A stretch of 64,000 nucleotides of DNA, taken from contig CAWBKP010000020.1 in the NCBI GenBank assembly GCA_963789395.1, forward strand, positions 167,882 to 231,881, given 5' to 3'. The position numbers were made by a program, and so were the translations under genes. Below the pieces are notes generated by a model. The model did not search any database. It was given only the letters and a program-made list of their open reading frames with translations, and had not been told where the DNA came from. Source of the DNA: an uncultured delta proteobacterium. GTDB taxonomy: Bacteria > Desulfobacterota > Desulfobacteria > Desulfobacterales > Desulfatirhabdiaceae. This document shows, in pieces, positions 50,634 through 60,885 of the stretch (positions within the stretch are counted from its first letter, which is position 1; each line of letters opens with the position of its first letter).

Positions 50634-52016
50634 TCACTTTCCCCCTTGGAAAATTCTCTGTCTGGCGGCAGCCGCTGACTTTAGGACGCCGACATGTTCA
50701 TCCACATAGTCGAAGATCCGAGCCCGGTGTTTGCCGGGCGCCGGACGAAGCACCCTGCCGATATATTGCAGCACCCGGCCGCTGAAGCGGATGGGAGTTG
50801 CCAGAAAAAGGGAAGACAGGTTCGGGCAGTCGAATCCCTCTCCCAGAAGCTGGCCGGTTGCAATCAGAACCTTGACGGTCCCTTCGGTCAGTTCTTTCAG
50901 GATTTGCGCCCTCTTGGCGATATCCACATCTCCGGTCAACACTTCGGCGGCAATTTTATGCCGGAAGGTCAGGATGGCCTTTAAGGTTTCGCAGTGCTGT
51001 TTCCGGTCCGATAACACCAGGCAGATGCCGTCTGTTTTTTCCGCCTCGATGGCCACGTCAGAGGCGATCAGGCGGTTTCGCAGGTCGTCGGCCGTCAATT
51101 CGGCCAGCATTTTGCTGTAGGCTTTTGTCGGGTCATGATGGGCCTTGAATTCGGTGGGCCGCACCAGAATCTGCGCAGGCAGGATATCGCCGGTCTCAAC
51201 CAGATCTTTCTTGTCGATCGCATACTGAACATCCCCCAGATGCCAGAAAATCAGTTTGGACAGGTTGTCCCGGCGCCAGGGCGTAGCGGACAGCCCCATC
51301 ATGTATTTCGAATCAAACAGCGAGACAGCCTCGGTAAAGGTCCGGCTGGGGCAGCGGTGGCATTCATCGACAATCAGAAATCCGATATGGGGTGCAATTT
51401 CTTCGGCGCATTTATACAGGGATTGAACCAGGGCAACCGTGATCCGGTCACCGGTCGTTTTTTTCCCGCCGCCGATCCGGCCGATATCTGATTGCGGAAT
51501 GTCCAGAAACGTTTCGATGCGCTTTACCCACTGGTCGGCAAGATCCTGCGTGTGGACAATAATCAGGGCCGGCTGGCGCCGCTCGGCGATCATGAACAGG
51601 GCCATGACGGTTTTGCCGCTTCCGGTCGGCGCGGACAATGTGCCGAAATGCTTCGGCATCATGGCATCGATTGCGGCCTGCTGAAACGGTTTCAGCAGGC
51701 CGGTGAACGTGAAATCAATAAGCGGAAGGGATCGCCGGTGATCCTCAATCCGGTATGCAATGCCATCGTTCTGGCAGTGCCGGATCAGATGTCCCATGGT
51801 TCCCCGGGGCAGGATCAGGCCGCCTTCACGGGTCTGGTCATAAAAGCGGAGCGTCTTTGGCGTTTGCCGGTTCCACCTTCCCATGCGCGCATTTTCCAGC
51901 CATTTGGGATTGGGGATCTCGAGTTCATTCTTCAGGAATCGATGGAGGGGATCCGGAACGCCTTTAAGCCGAATGTCTTTTTCGATCGTTATCTGAAGCG
52001 GATTTGCGGATGACAT
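50634..52016 (-). CDS. DEAD/DEAH-box (SF2) helicase
   Basis: PTGSGKT, DECH, GLSATP, EGFD, QYIGRVLR. Confidence 0.9.
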   Translation of the reverse strand: MSSANPLQITIEKDIRLKGVPDPLHRFLKNELEIPNPKWLENARMGRWNRQTPKTLRFYDQTREGGLILPRGTMGHLIRHCQNDGIAYRIEDHRRSLPLIDFTFTGLLKPFQQAAIDAMMPKHFGTLSAPTGSGKTVMALFMIAERRQPALIIVHTQDLADQWVKRIETFLDIPQSDIGRIGGGKKTTGDRITVALVQSLYKCAEEIAPHIGFLIVDECHRCPSRTFTEAVSLFDSKYMMGLSATPWRRDNLSKLIFWHLGDVQYAIDKKDLVETGDILPAQILVRPTEFKAHHDPTKAYSKMLAELTADDLRNRLIASDVAIEAEKTDGICLVLSDRKQHCETLKAILTFRHKIAAEVLTGDVDIAKRAQILKELTEGTVKVLIATGQLLGEGFDCPNLSSLFLATPIRFSGRVLQYIGRVLRPAPGKHRARIFDYVDEHVGVLKSAAAARQRIFQGGK

Positions 52017-52030
52017 GGGATGATGAAGGG

Positions 52031-52645
52031 CTATAATCCGGCCCGTTTCTTGACAAGCAGCAGGCCGGGGCTGTTATGCAGGTACATGAGAGAAGATGAA
52101 TATCCGGCATCGATAAAAACATCTTCCAGATAATCAAAGAGGACTTTCTGATCCGGCCAGGTAAACTGCTTTTCACGATTTTTCAGGATGTTCCAGGCGG
52201 ATTCGGCCAAGGGATGTTCCGAGAAAACCCTTTCCTTTGCCGCATCGCAGAGGAACATCTGGCATACAATCGGCTTGATCCGCCACAGGCAGCCTTCTGG
52301 CCCCAGATAAATACATTTTAAGCCGGTATTGGGTTTCTGGAGAACCGCCAGCAGGCGTTTTCGCTCACCCGGCGTGGAAAACAAGGCATTGATCACGATA
52401 TCGGCAAAGAACGCGATGATGCCTTCCCGGGAACAGCAGGCGCTGAGGCTGCTTTCAAAGCATTTTTTCGTGCAGGTGGATGCAAAATAAGTATTCAGAA
52501 AGGCATCCGCATCCTCCCGGAACAGCAGGTATTCACGGGTTGCGGATTCTAAATTCTCGACCCGGTCCGGGGGGAGGGAGTCCAGATGCGTTGCGACCAG
52601 AGAAATGGCTTCACTCTGTTCCTGCTGATAGGGACTGATCTGCAT
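52031..52645 (-). CDS. Cys-rich hypothetical protein (YkgJ-like metal cluster)
   Basis: CTKKC..SACC, KCIYLGPEGC, KPIVCQMFLC. Confidence 0.7.
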   Translation of the reverse strand: MQISPYQQEQSEAISLVATHLDSLPPDRVENLESATREYLLFREDADAFLNTYFASTCTKKCFESSLSACCSREGIIAFFADIVINALFSTPGERKRLLAVLQKPNTGLKCIYLGPEGCLWRIKPIVCQMFLCDAAKERVFSEHPLAESAWNILKNREKQFTWPDQKVLFDYLEDVFIDAGYSSSLMYLHNSPGLLLVKKRAGL

Positions 52646-53026
52646 TTAATGGCTGCACTCGCCATCCGGGCCGTGTCCGGCGCAGGTCAGATCCATGCTG
52701 AAATCAATCAGTTTGCCGGCTTTGATCTTTTCCAGATTTTCCGATACGCTGCCCTCGACACCCCGGTATACCTTGATTCTGGCTGCCTGCAGTTTCTGCA
52801 GCGCACCCTTGCCGATGCCGCCGACCACGATGGCGTCGACAGGTTTTCCGTTAAGCGCCTTCAGCGGCTGACACTGTCCATGATCATGATCCCTGTCCGG
52901 ATTGGTCACGGTTTCAATACTGTCTGTCTCCGTATCCGCAATGATAAAAAATATCGCAGATCCGAAATGGTTAAATAATGGGCTTTGCAGGCCGAAATTC
53001 TGTTGGGTCGGGAAGGCGATTTTCAT
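52646..53026 (-). CDS. NifB/NifX family (FeMo-cofactor-binding-like) protein
   Basis: MKIAFP, HFGSA.FF, HGQC, VVGGIG.GA. Confidence 0.9.
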   Translation of the reverse strand: MKIAFPTQQNFGLQSPLFNHFGSAIFFIIADTETDSIETVTNPDRDHDHGQCQPLKALNGKPVDAIVVGGIGKGALQKLQAARIKVYRGVEGSVSENLEKIKAGKLIDFSMDLTCAGHGPDGECSH

Positions 53027-53310
53027 TTTATGTCCTTTTGTTTATCGAACTGGTTTTATAGTGTGGTTTAAACGCTCAAGTGGCCGGCGTCAGATTTTTC
53101 TCCGACCTTATAAACTGTCCTAAGTTGATAAAATAAGACAATTTCAATAAAAATCAATTTTCATCTCTGGCTGTCCGACTTATTTTTTGATAATACTATC
53201 ATTGTCAACGCGTATCAACACGAATCGTTTTTCCGGCATGCCGGTTGACAATACATCAATCCCGAATTTCGGGTTTAGACTTCATGATTGTACATTCAGG
53301 AGACAGGTAA

Positions 53311-53943
53311 ATGGATATAAAAGATTCACGGATTTCGGAGTTGCTGATTACTGGAGACATTGAGGCGGTAAAAACCCTTACCCGGCAGGCCATTGATGAA
53401 GGATGTTCTGCCCAGGATATTCTGGAAAAGGCGCTGTTGCCCGGAATGGATGTTGTGGGGCAGCGGTTCAAGGCCTGCGAAATGTTCATTCCGGAAGTGC
53501 TGCGCAGCGCCAAGGCCATGCACGGCGCCATGGCCATCCTAAGGCCGCTTCTCATTGAAAGCGGCGTTCCCACGGCAGGCACGCTGGTGATTGGAACCGT
53601 TCAGGGAGATCTCCACGATATCGGAAAAAATCTCGTGTCCATGCTTTTTGAAGGCGCCGGATTTAAGGTTGTGGATCTGGGAGCGGATGTAACATCCGAG
53701 AAATTCGTGCAGGCGGTTTCGGAACATCAGGCTTCTTTTCTGGGCATGTCCGCACTTCTGACCACAACCATGCCGCGGATGGCGGAAGTGATTCAGGCGG
53801 TAACAGACGCCGGGCTGCGGGACAAGGTCAAAATTCTGGTCGGCGGCGCGCCGGTTACAGCCGATTTTGCCCTGCAGATCGGTGCGGACGGGTTTGCGCC
53901 CAATGCCACCAGCGCGGTTGAAAAGGCCAAACTTCTGAGTTGA
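53311..53943 (+). CDS. Methyltransferase cognate corrinoid protein
   Basis: B12 cap MFIPEV; GDLHDIGKN (DxHxxG), SALLTTT, VGGAP. Confidence 0.95.
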   Translation: MDIKDSRISELLITGDIEAVKTLTRQAIDEGCSAQDILEKALLPGMDVVGQRFKACEMFIPEVLRSAKAMHGAMAILRPLLIESGVPTAGTLVIGTVQGDLHDIGKNLVSMLFEGAGFKVVDLGADVTSEKFVQAVSEHQASFLGMSALLTTTMPRMAEVIQAVTDAGLRDKVKILVGGAPVTADFALQIGADGFAPNATSAVEKAKLLS

Positions 53944-53950
53944 GGATGCC

Positions 53951-54805
53951 ATGGTCATCGATATTCATACCCATATTTTCCCAAAAGACATCAGCGAGCA
54001 TCGGGAAACCTATTTTCAGGGCGAACCGGAGTTCAGGCTGCTGTATGACTCCCCTAAATCCCGGCTGGTGGGTGCTGACGAGTTGATTTCCAGCATGGAT
54101 GCGCAGGGCATCGACCAGTCCGTCATATTCGGTTTTCCCTGGAACCGTTTTGAAACCGCCCGGTTTCAAAACGATTACATCCTGGAAATGGTTCAGGCCC
54201 ACCCGGACCGGTTGATCGGATTCTGCTGTCTGAACCCCATGCATCCATCTGCTGCAAAAGAGGTTGAGCGGTGCATTCTCGGGGGGTTGAAGGGCGTCGG
54301 CGAGCTGGCATTCTATCAGTCGGGAATTGACGAGACGGTTTTAGATGCACTTTCTCCGATCATGTCCCTGTGCGCGGCAGCACTTCTTCCCGTATTGATC
54401 CATACCAATGAACCGGTCGGGCACCAGTATCCCGGCAAAGCGCCGATGACGCTGGCCGAAATTTACCGGATGGTGCAGCGCTTTCCGGACAATGTGATTA
54501 TTCTGGCCCACTGGGGGGGAGGGCTGCCTTTCTATCACCTCCTGAAAAAGGAAGTCAAGGAAGCCCTCAAAAATGTCTATGTGGATACCGCGGCATCGCC
54601 GTTTCTGTATGATCCTGCGATTTATCCGGTTGCTGCTGCGGCTTTCGGGCATGAAAAAATTCTTCTTGGCAGCGATTTCCCCTTGCTGAAGCCTTCTCGG
54701 TACGTGGACGACATGAAAAACGCAGGGCTTCCGGAAGGCCAAATCCATGCGATCTGCGGGGGGAATGCGGCAAGGCTGTTACGGCATCCTGGAGCAGGAA
54801 ACTGA
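53951..54805 (+). CDS. Amidohydrolase_2 family protein
   Basis: IDIHTH, GVGEL, LIHT, AHWGGG, GSDFP. Confidence 0.9.
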   Translation: MVIDIHTHIFPKDISEHRETYFQGEPEFRLLYDSPKSRLVGADELISSMDAQGIDQSVIFGFPWNRFETARFQNDYILEMVQAHPDRLIGFCCLNPMHPSAAKEVERCILGGLKGVGELAFYQSGIDETVLDALSPIMSLCAAALLPVLIHTNEPVGHQYPGKAPMTLAEIYRMVQRFPDNVIILAHWGGGLPFYHLLKKEVKEALKNVYVDTAASPFLYDPAIYPVAAAAFGHEKILLGSDFPLLKPSRYVDDMKNAGLPEGQIHAICGGNAARLLRHPGAGN

Positions 54806-54898
54806 TGGGATGTTTTGCTTGCAATACGGTTCTGATCGTGTCAGTAAAACAAAATTAGGTTCTTCCCAAACAACCCTGGCAGAAAAGGAGAGTTCGTC

Positions 54899-55672
54899 AT
54901 GAAGAAATGGATGGTGTTCGTATTAACGGTATGTGTCTTTGGCGTATATGGAAACGCGTTTTCTGCTGAACAGCTTCGAATTGCCAACGAGGGTGAATAT
55001 CCACCGTTCAATTTCACCAATCCGAAAGGCCAACTGGAAGGCTTTGACATTGATATCGCCAATGCGATTTGCAACGTCATGAAGGTGGAGCCGGTTTTTG
55101 TTGTTCAGGACTGGAATGGCATCATACCGGGACTGCTGGCAAAGAAATATGACTGTATTATCTCCAGCATGTCCATCACCGATGAACGGAAAAAACAGGT
55201 CGATTTTACCGAGCCCTATTATCAGGTACCGGCCCGTTTCGTGACAAAAAACGACTCCGGGCTGAAAATTTCTCCTGAAGGACTGAAAGGCAAACGGATA
55301 GGTGTTCAGCGGGCGACTACCTACGCCAACTACCTTGAAGGGGTTTATGGCGGCATTGTGGATATTGTGTATTATGACAATATTGAAAGCCATAACATGG
55401 ATCTGGCAAGCGGTCGTCTGGACGGGGTGCTCGGGCAGGCCTATCTGATGGGAAAATGGCTCGAAACACCTGCCGGCAAGGGTTTCGTTTTTGTGGGCGA
55501 CCCGGTAACCGATGTCAAATATATCGGCTCCGGTGCCGGTATTGCTGTTCGAAAGGAAGATCAGAAACTGCGGGAAAGAATCAATGCCGCCCTCCAGCAA
55601 ATCATTGCTGACGGAACGCATAAGAAAATAGCCAGCAAATATTTTTCATTTGATTTGTTGCAATACAAATAA
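54899..55672 (+). CDS. Polar amino acid ABC substrate-binding protein
   Basis: EGEYPPFN, GFDIDIA, ITDERK..DFT.PYY; signal peptide. Confidence 0.9.
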   Translation: MKKWMVFVLTVCVFGVYGNAFSAEQLRIANEGEYPPFNFTNPKGQLEGFDIDIANAICNVMKVEPVFVVQDWNGIIPGLLAKKYDCIISSMSITDERKKQVDFTEPYYQVPARFVTKNDSGLKISPEGLKGKRIGVQRATTYANYLEGVYGGIVDIVYYDNIESHNMDLASGRLDGVLGQAYLMGKWLETPAGKGFVFVGDPVTDVKYIGSGAGIAVRKEDQKLRERINAALQQIIADGTHKKIASKYFSFDLLQYK

Positions 55673-55737
55673 CCGAATGTGTTCCGGGCGTCTTCAATCC
55701 GGTGTTGAGGCCGCCCATTTTTTTCGGAGCAGATAAA

Positions 55738-57039
55738 ATGCTTCCCCAATCCAGCAAGTATAAGCAAATGGTTCAGGAAGAAGTCACCCGTATACAACAG
55801 GATGTGAGACGGGTCAGCCTTGAAATCCATGCCCATCCGGAAATCGGCATGCATGAGCATCGGGCATGTCAACTTCTTGTGGCCGAAGCCAGAACCCGGG
55901 GGTTTCAGGTTGAAACGCCCGCAGCCGGAATGGAGACCGGTTTTGTGGCCCGATACCCGCCTTCGGCAGAAGGGCCGCGAATTGCCTTTTTATGCGAGTA
56001 TGACGCCCTGCCCGATTTGGGACATGCCTGCGGCCACAATGTCATCGCAGCAGCCTCTTTCGGGGCTGCCGTGGCACTGCGGTCCATTGTTTCGGAACTG
56101 GGTGGAACCATTTTTCTGATCGGAACCCCGGATGAGGAAGCGATCGGCGATACCTCCAAGGGCGGTAAGGTGGTCATGAGCCGCGCCGGTATCTTTGATT
56201 CTCTCGATGCTGTGTTCATGATGCATCCCACCAGCGGAATAAACGCTGTCTGGCGGTATGCATTTCCATTAAAAGACTTTACAGTCCAGTTTGATGGAAA
56301 GCCGGCTCATTACACGCAGCCGGAAAAGGGAATCAATGCCCTGGAAAGCCTTCTGCTCTTTCTGAACAACGTCAATTCGCTGAAGCGGAGCTGGTCTCCG
56401 TCTGTGATGCTGGCATATACAATTACAGACGGTGGTGGTCCGAGTGCGATTACGGTCCCCAAAAGCGCAAGCGCGCATATGACCTTGAAAGCATTTGATG
56501 TTGCATACCTGGGGTCCCGGTTTGAGCAGGTGCAAACCTGTGTGAGGGCCGTGTCAGAGATGACCGGTGCGCAAGGGCACATTCATATTCTGGATGAATA
56601 CCGGCATATGATCCCCAATCTGCACCTTGCAGCCGGCCTGTATAAAAATATGCAGTTCCTTGGCGAACCGGTGGAAAGCCCGGTTGATTCTCAGCGTCAT
56701 CTGGAACGGCAGACGTATCCGGGCATTTCAACCGATTTTTCAGATGTCAGCTGGGTGGCCCCGGCCATCCACGGGTATTGCAGTATCGGTGACAACAGTC
56801 TGGTTGCGCACACCCCCGAATTTGCCGAAGCAGCCGGTTCCGAGGCCGGAAACGCGGCGGCGGTTCAAGCCGCAAAGGCGATGGCAATGACAGCTGCGGA
56901 TATCCTGTCCGACAAGGCGTTTGCACACAATGTGAAAGCCGAATTTCTTGCCTATCGGAGTCAGAATTTTCGCAACGTTCCCGGGATTCCGCCAGAGTAT
57001 CTGCCCTTTTCGGAGGCATTTCTCAGTTTCATCCGCTGA
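55738..57039 (+). CDS. M20 family amidohydrolase
   Basis: HPE..HE, EYDALP..GHACGHN, GTPDEE, MHP, STDF..VS, HT. Confidence 0.85.
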   Translation: MLPQSSKYKQMVQEEVTRIQQDVRRVSLEIHAHPEIGMHEHRACQLLVAEARTRGFQVETPAAGMETGFVARYPPSAEGPRIAFLCEYDALPDLGHACGHNVIAAASFGAAVALRSIVSELGGTIFLIGTPDEEAIGDTSKGGKVVMSRAGIFDSLDAVFMMHPTSGINAVWRYAFPLKDFTVQFDGKPAHYTQPEKGINALESLLLFLNNVNSLKRSWSPSVMLAYTITDGGGPSAITVPKSASAHMTLKAFDVAYLGSRFEQVQTCVRAVSEMTGAQGHIHILDEYRHMIPNLHLAAGLYKNMQFLGEPVESPVDSQRHLERQTYPGISTDFSDVSWVAPAIHGYCSIGDNSLVAHTPEFAEAAGSEAGNAAAVQAAKAMAMTAADILSDKAFAHNVKAEFLAYRSQNFRNVPGIPPEYLPFSEAFLSFIR

Positions 57040-57126
57040 TTGCGGCGGTTGCGAATAGAGAAGAAGACCAAATAGCTGACTCGTCATTTTTCAAAAGCCT
57101 GCCTGAGTATCCCGTTGGAGCTGTTT

Positions 57127-58059
57127 TCAGGCCAGTGGCGGCGGCGGGGGCGGCAGTTCGCCGCGTTCCAAAGCCTCTCTTGCGGCCTTGACAGGTATGC
57201 CCGATTCGCATGGCACGCCCACCTGGCACAATCCGCAGCCATAGCCAACGAAATTGTAGGCCTTTTCCACATGCTCTCTGGAGCGGGCCAGGTGTTGCCG
57301 GCATTTTTCCTTGTCGTGGCCGGCCTCGGTAATCGCGCGTGCCGGGCAGCGGTCAATGCATTTGCCGCAAGTCCCTTCGGCGAAAAAAAGGCAATAGGCC
57401 CGGTGGTCGGCATAAGGGCGCGGTGTCGGTTCAATGGATAGTGCGGCCACCACCGATCCCACCCGCATGGCCTTGCCCCTTGCGGTAATGAGCCCGTCGC
57501 AGAGACCGAACGTGCCAAGACCTGCTGCATGGGCGGCATGGCGTTCAGACCAGGAGGATGCGTAGGAAAACCGCTGCGACTTGACGATGGTCCAGTTGGG
57601 AACCAGCATGGGAGCGATCGCCGCATGGCCGGTAGATTTAAGGCTTCGGACCACATGGTGACGCAAGGCCACGTTGAACGCCTCTCCGTGAACCCTGATT
57701 CTGGCCCATTCCTCGGAGGGATACGTCCTTGCCCTGCGGTTCGCCTTTCGGACAGCCTCCCGCTGGGGCAGGACCCATGATATAACGGTCAACGCCGCTG
57801 CTTCCGCCTGCGTTTCAGGACAGTGCTGATTGAAGACCTCCCAGGGGGTCCAGTGAAACGCCCCTATATACTCCTTGTACTGCTGCCAGATCGGATCGGC
57901 GCCTGAGGAAAATCCCACCAGCGCAGTGTCCCAGGCAGGTTCCTCTCCAGGCATCTGCATGGTATTGAGGGGGGATGTGGCGATAAAGTCCAGAATCAGA
58001 TCTTTAATCCGGTCTCCTGAGATATGGGTGTCATTTTTCACTGAAAACTCCTGTTTCAA
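57127..58059 (-). CDS. Epoxyqueuosine-reductase-like 4Fe-4S protein
   Basis: WSERHAAHAAGLGTFGL, CGKCIDRCP, GCGLCQVGVPC. Confidence 0.8.
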   Translation of the reverse strand: MKQEFSVKNDTHISGDRIKDLILDFIATSPLNTMQMPGEEPAWDTALVGFSSGADPIWQQYKEYIGAFHWTPWEVFNQHCPETQAEAAALTVISWVLPQREAVRKANRRARTYPSEEWARIRVHGEAFNVALRHHVVRSLKSTGHAAIAPMLVPNWTIVKSQRFSYASSWSERHAAHAAGLGTFGLCDGLITARGKAMRVGSVVAALSIEPTPRPYADHRAYCLFFAEGTCGKCIDRCPARAITEAGHDKEKCRQHLARSREHVEKAYNFVGYGCGLCQVGVPCESGIPVKAAREALERGELPPPPPPLA

Positions 58060-58088
58060 GAATCATTCGATTTCTAACAGCTTGCCGG

Positions 58089-58790
58089 TCAGGCAGATGA
58101 TTCAAACATGTGCATCATTTTCTGCTGCATGGCCAGGGTGACGGCCTGGCGGTCATGGCCGGCCTTTAGCCGTTCCCCCAGCAGTTTTCCCGCATCTCTG
58201 GCCGCCTGCATCACCTCCGGCTGCCTTCTCACATCCGGGATCATGTCCTCGGTAATTTTGACTTCCGGGCCAAAGAGCATCATCGGGATGCCGACTTTGC
58301 AGGTTTCGCCGAAACCGCAGCTGAAACAGGACGCCGCTCCCTGGCCGGACACTTTTGCGACGGTTTCAATGAAATTGTAGAGCATGAATTTTTCAATGTC
58401 GTCTGCCGGGAAACGACCCGAGGTGCCGCCAACGCCCACAGCCACCGCCAGCTTTCCCCACAGCAGATTGCCTTCCTGATGGCGGAACTGAAACCAGCGT
58501 TCCAGCAAGGCATGTGTCAGGGCATTCAGCGTGGAATAGTAATTGGCCGCGCCGATGACGATGGCATCGGCTGCGACAATCTTGTCACGCAAAGGGGCCA
58601 GATCGTCTTCGACTTTGCAGATATTATCCTTGACGCATCCCAGGCAGGCGATGCAGCCGGATATTTTCATTCCGCGCAAAGAAATCAACTCATACTCGTA
58701 TCCGGTATGGGTGAGGACGGTCTCCACCAGGTGATACACGCCGGAACGCTCATTTTTCCGAGGACTGCCGCTGATGCCTAGAATTTTCAT
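58089..58790 (-). CDS. Flavodoxin family / iron-sulfur flavoprotein
   Basis: MKILGISGSPR, CIACLGC....C, second CFSCGFGETC cluster. Confidence 0.85.
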   Translation of the reverse strand: MKILGISGSPRKNERSGVYHLVETVLTHTGYEYELISLRGMKISGCIACLGCVKDNICKVEDDLAPLRDKIVAADAIVIGAANYYSTLNALTHALLERWFQFRHQEGNLLWGKLAVAVGVGGTSGRFPADDIEKFMLYNFIETVAKVSGQGAASCFSCGFGETCKVGIPMMLFGPEVKITEDMIPDVRRQPEVMQAARDAGKLLGERLKAGHDRQAVTLAMQQKMMHMFESSA

Positions 58791-58933
58791 ATTTCTGCTC
58801 CTGAGTTGATGGGTGATAGGAAATCGCAATGATAAAGTTTTTGATAGCATCTGTCCGGGGTGCTGTCAAGGACGGTTGACTGCGGATTGTCATGCAGACG
58901 ATGACCACGTCCATAAGGCTTTCTAAAGGCCGC

Positions 58934-59497
58934 TCACGCTTTTCTGGCCACAAGACTGGCAATTGCCCTTGGCTTCGGCCCGCGAGTATCGATCCGCTCA
59001 TGGTAGAAGATGATGCATAAATCAAGGAAAGCGTGCAGGAGTTCATTGGGCTTTAAAAGATAATCCGGGTTGTGCGGCCCGTCGAACCGCTGCTGCTCCA
59101 GGGTGTAGGTTTCAAAAAACAGCAGGCCGCCCTTGCGCAGTCCTGCCTTGATTTTTGGTACCAGGGCCCGCTCAAGAAAATAGAAATTCAGCATCACATC
59201 AAATGAATTTTCTGCGATGGGATAGTCAAGCATGTCGGCTGCCACAGCCTTGAGGGTGACCCCTTGTCGCGCTGCATGCTCGGATATGCGTTTCACTGCT
59301 GAATGCGCACGGTCCACACACGTCACTTCGAAGCTTTTGGAGGCCAGGTAGATGCCGTTCTGGCCTTCACCGGCAGCAATGTCAAGCGCTGTGCCGCCTG
59401 TAAGCAACTGCTCATATTCCTTGAGCAGACTTGCAGGCTCCGGCATCTGACCCGGTGGTCTGGTCCTGTATTTTTCTTCCCACTGAAATTTTTTCAT
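58934..59497 (-). CDS. Class I SAM-dependent methyltransferase (TehB-like)
   Basis: WEEKY, ALDIAAGEGQN, YLLKPNEL. Confidence 0.85.
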   Translation of the reverse strand: MKKFQWEEKYRTRPPGQMPEPASLLKEYEQLLTGGTALDIAAGEGQNGIYLASKSFEVTCVDRAHSAVKRISEHAARQGVTLKAVAADMLDYPIAENSFDVMLNFYFLERALVPKIKAGLRKGGLLFFETYTLEQQRFDGPHNPDYLLKPNELLHAFLDLCIIFYHERIDTRGPKPRAIASLVARKA

Positions 59498-59625
59498 TTG
59501 TCACTCCGCATTGTAATTGGACCGGACGCTATCAAACATAAAAACCATACTCTGGGCAAGCAGGGCAGGGGAAACGCCTTGAACCAAAGCAAAAATGTTT
59601 CAAATTCATCAAAAAAAGCGTATTT

Positions 59626-60099
59626 TTATTGTCCAATTGGCGCTTTATCTATGCCGTTGATATAGGTGCCCGGCGCTATCCCCTTTTCACGGAACCAGCC
59701 GGAACGCATCTCGATTACAAATTGGGCGGATGAGGCAGCGCAATGACAGTCGTCCGTGTCGGGCTCCATGTCGACGATATTGATGATCCGCCCCTGTTCA
59801 TCGATAAACGCGGCACTCAGGGGGATTTTGGTGTTATGCATCCACATGCAGTGGACTTTTGACTCTGGAAAGACAAAGAGCATGCCGTGATCAGCGGGAA
59901 GAAAATATCGGTTCATCAACCCCAGCTTGCGCAAGGCTGGTGCTGCAGCGACCTCCACTTCAATTCGATGCGGCCCTGCCTTCAGATGCAGCGTCGGAGG
60001 GCTTGTTTCTGAGATGGCCATGTTACCTGTCATTGTCAGTGAAAAAAGCATCCAGCATGACAACCGCATTAAAATGATTGTGTAAGACCGATTCATCAA
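59626..60099 (-). CDS. DUF192 family protein
   Basis: EVA..GLM.R..GMLFVF, MWMHNTKIPLS. Confidence 0.85.
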   Translation of the reverse strand: MMNRSYTIILMRLSCWMLFSLTMTGNMAISETSPPTLHLKAGPHRIEVEVAAAPALRKLGLMNRYFLPADHGMLFVFPESKVHCMWMHNTKIPLSAAFIDEQGRIINIVDMEPDTDDCHCAASSAQFVIEMRSGWFREKGIAPGTYINGIDKAPIGQ

Positions 60100-60140
60100 C
60101 TTTTATCCCTCGGGCAGGCTACGGCTTCTGATCCTGCGTT

Positions 60141-60854
60141 CTACATGCCCGGTGATACGGTTCCTTTCAAGTATCCGATCCGCCTGTCTTGCGGAAACTT
60201 CTCAATAGCGTACCGCAGCATGGTTCTTGGCATCTGCCTGTAATATGCACCGAGAAAGGCCTCTTCTCGGTGCATATCACGTTTGCCAACTTCCCGAAGC
60301 ATCCAGCCGGAGGCTTTGTGAATCAGATCTTCCGGGTCGTTTAGCAGTATTTCGGCAATTCTGAGCGTCAGATCAAACCTGCCCCGCTTGATGAAATGAA
60401 ATGTCGCAAGGATTGCAATCCGTCTCTCCCAGAGACTGCCGGAGCGCGCCAGTTGATACAGCGGCTCCTGGCTTTTGTCGCTTAAGTATGCGCCAACAAT
60501 ATGCTCCGCTGAAGTATCGACTAAATCCCAATTATTGATAAAACGGGTGTTGTCGAGGTACAGCATGTAAATATCACCCCTCCCTGTCTCGTCAGAAGCG
60601 GCGTATGTGCGTATCAGAATCAGCAGCGCAAGCAACCGGTCCTCATGATATGCACTGTGAAGCAGGTTCTTCGTTGTTTCAAGAGGGATGGTTTTGTGCG
60701 CCCTGGAGAGCTTTCGCAGCACGGGGACGCGAATACCCCTGAAGAGATCGCCTTCGCCGTATTGTCCGGGACCGGTTTTGAAGAACTTCTGAAGGAATAA
60801 GGCATCTTCGGGGTTCGAGAGACTGACCAGTTGGCGTTGTAATTCATCTATCAT
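60141..60854 (-). CDS. DNA alkylation repair protein (AlkD-like)
   Basis: FFKTGPGQYGEGD, INNWDLVD, WERR, KASGWMLRE, LRYAIEK. Confidence 0.9.
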   Translation of the reverse strand: MIDELQRQLVSLSNPEDALFLQKFFKTGPGQYGEGDLFRGIRVPVLRKLSRAHKTIPLETTKNLLHSAYHEDRLLALLILIRTYAASDETGRGDIYMLYLDNTRFINNWDLVDTSAEHIVGAYLSDKSQEPLYQLARSGSLWERRIAILATFHFIKRGRFDLTLRIAEILLNDPEDLIHKASGWMLREVGKRDMHREEAFLGAYYRQMPRTMLRYAIEKFPQDRRIGYLKGTVSPGM

Positions 60855-60885
60855 ACTTCGATCCTTTGGCGCGCAAAAAAAGTGC

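Noticed and set aside
52646..53026. Nitrogen fixation cluster
   Set aside because: A lone NifX-family protein; no nifHDK in the window
53234..53250. Possible sigma54 promoter before the corrinoid gene
   Set aside because: GG-N10-GA rather than GC; not sufficient
53311..58059. hgcAB mercury methylation or reductive dehalogenase
   Set aside because: No HgcA N(V/I)WCA cap helix or TM domain; the QueG-like protein lacks a Tat signal and an RdhB partner
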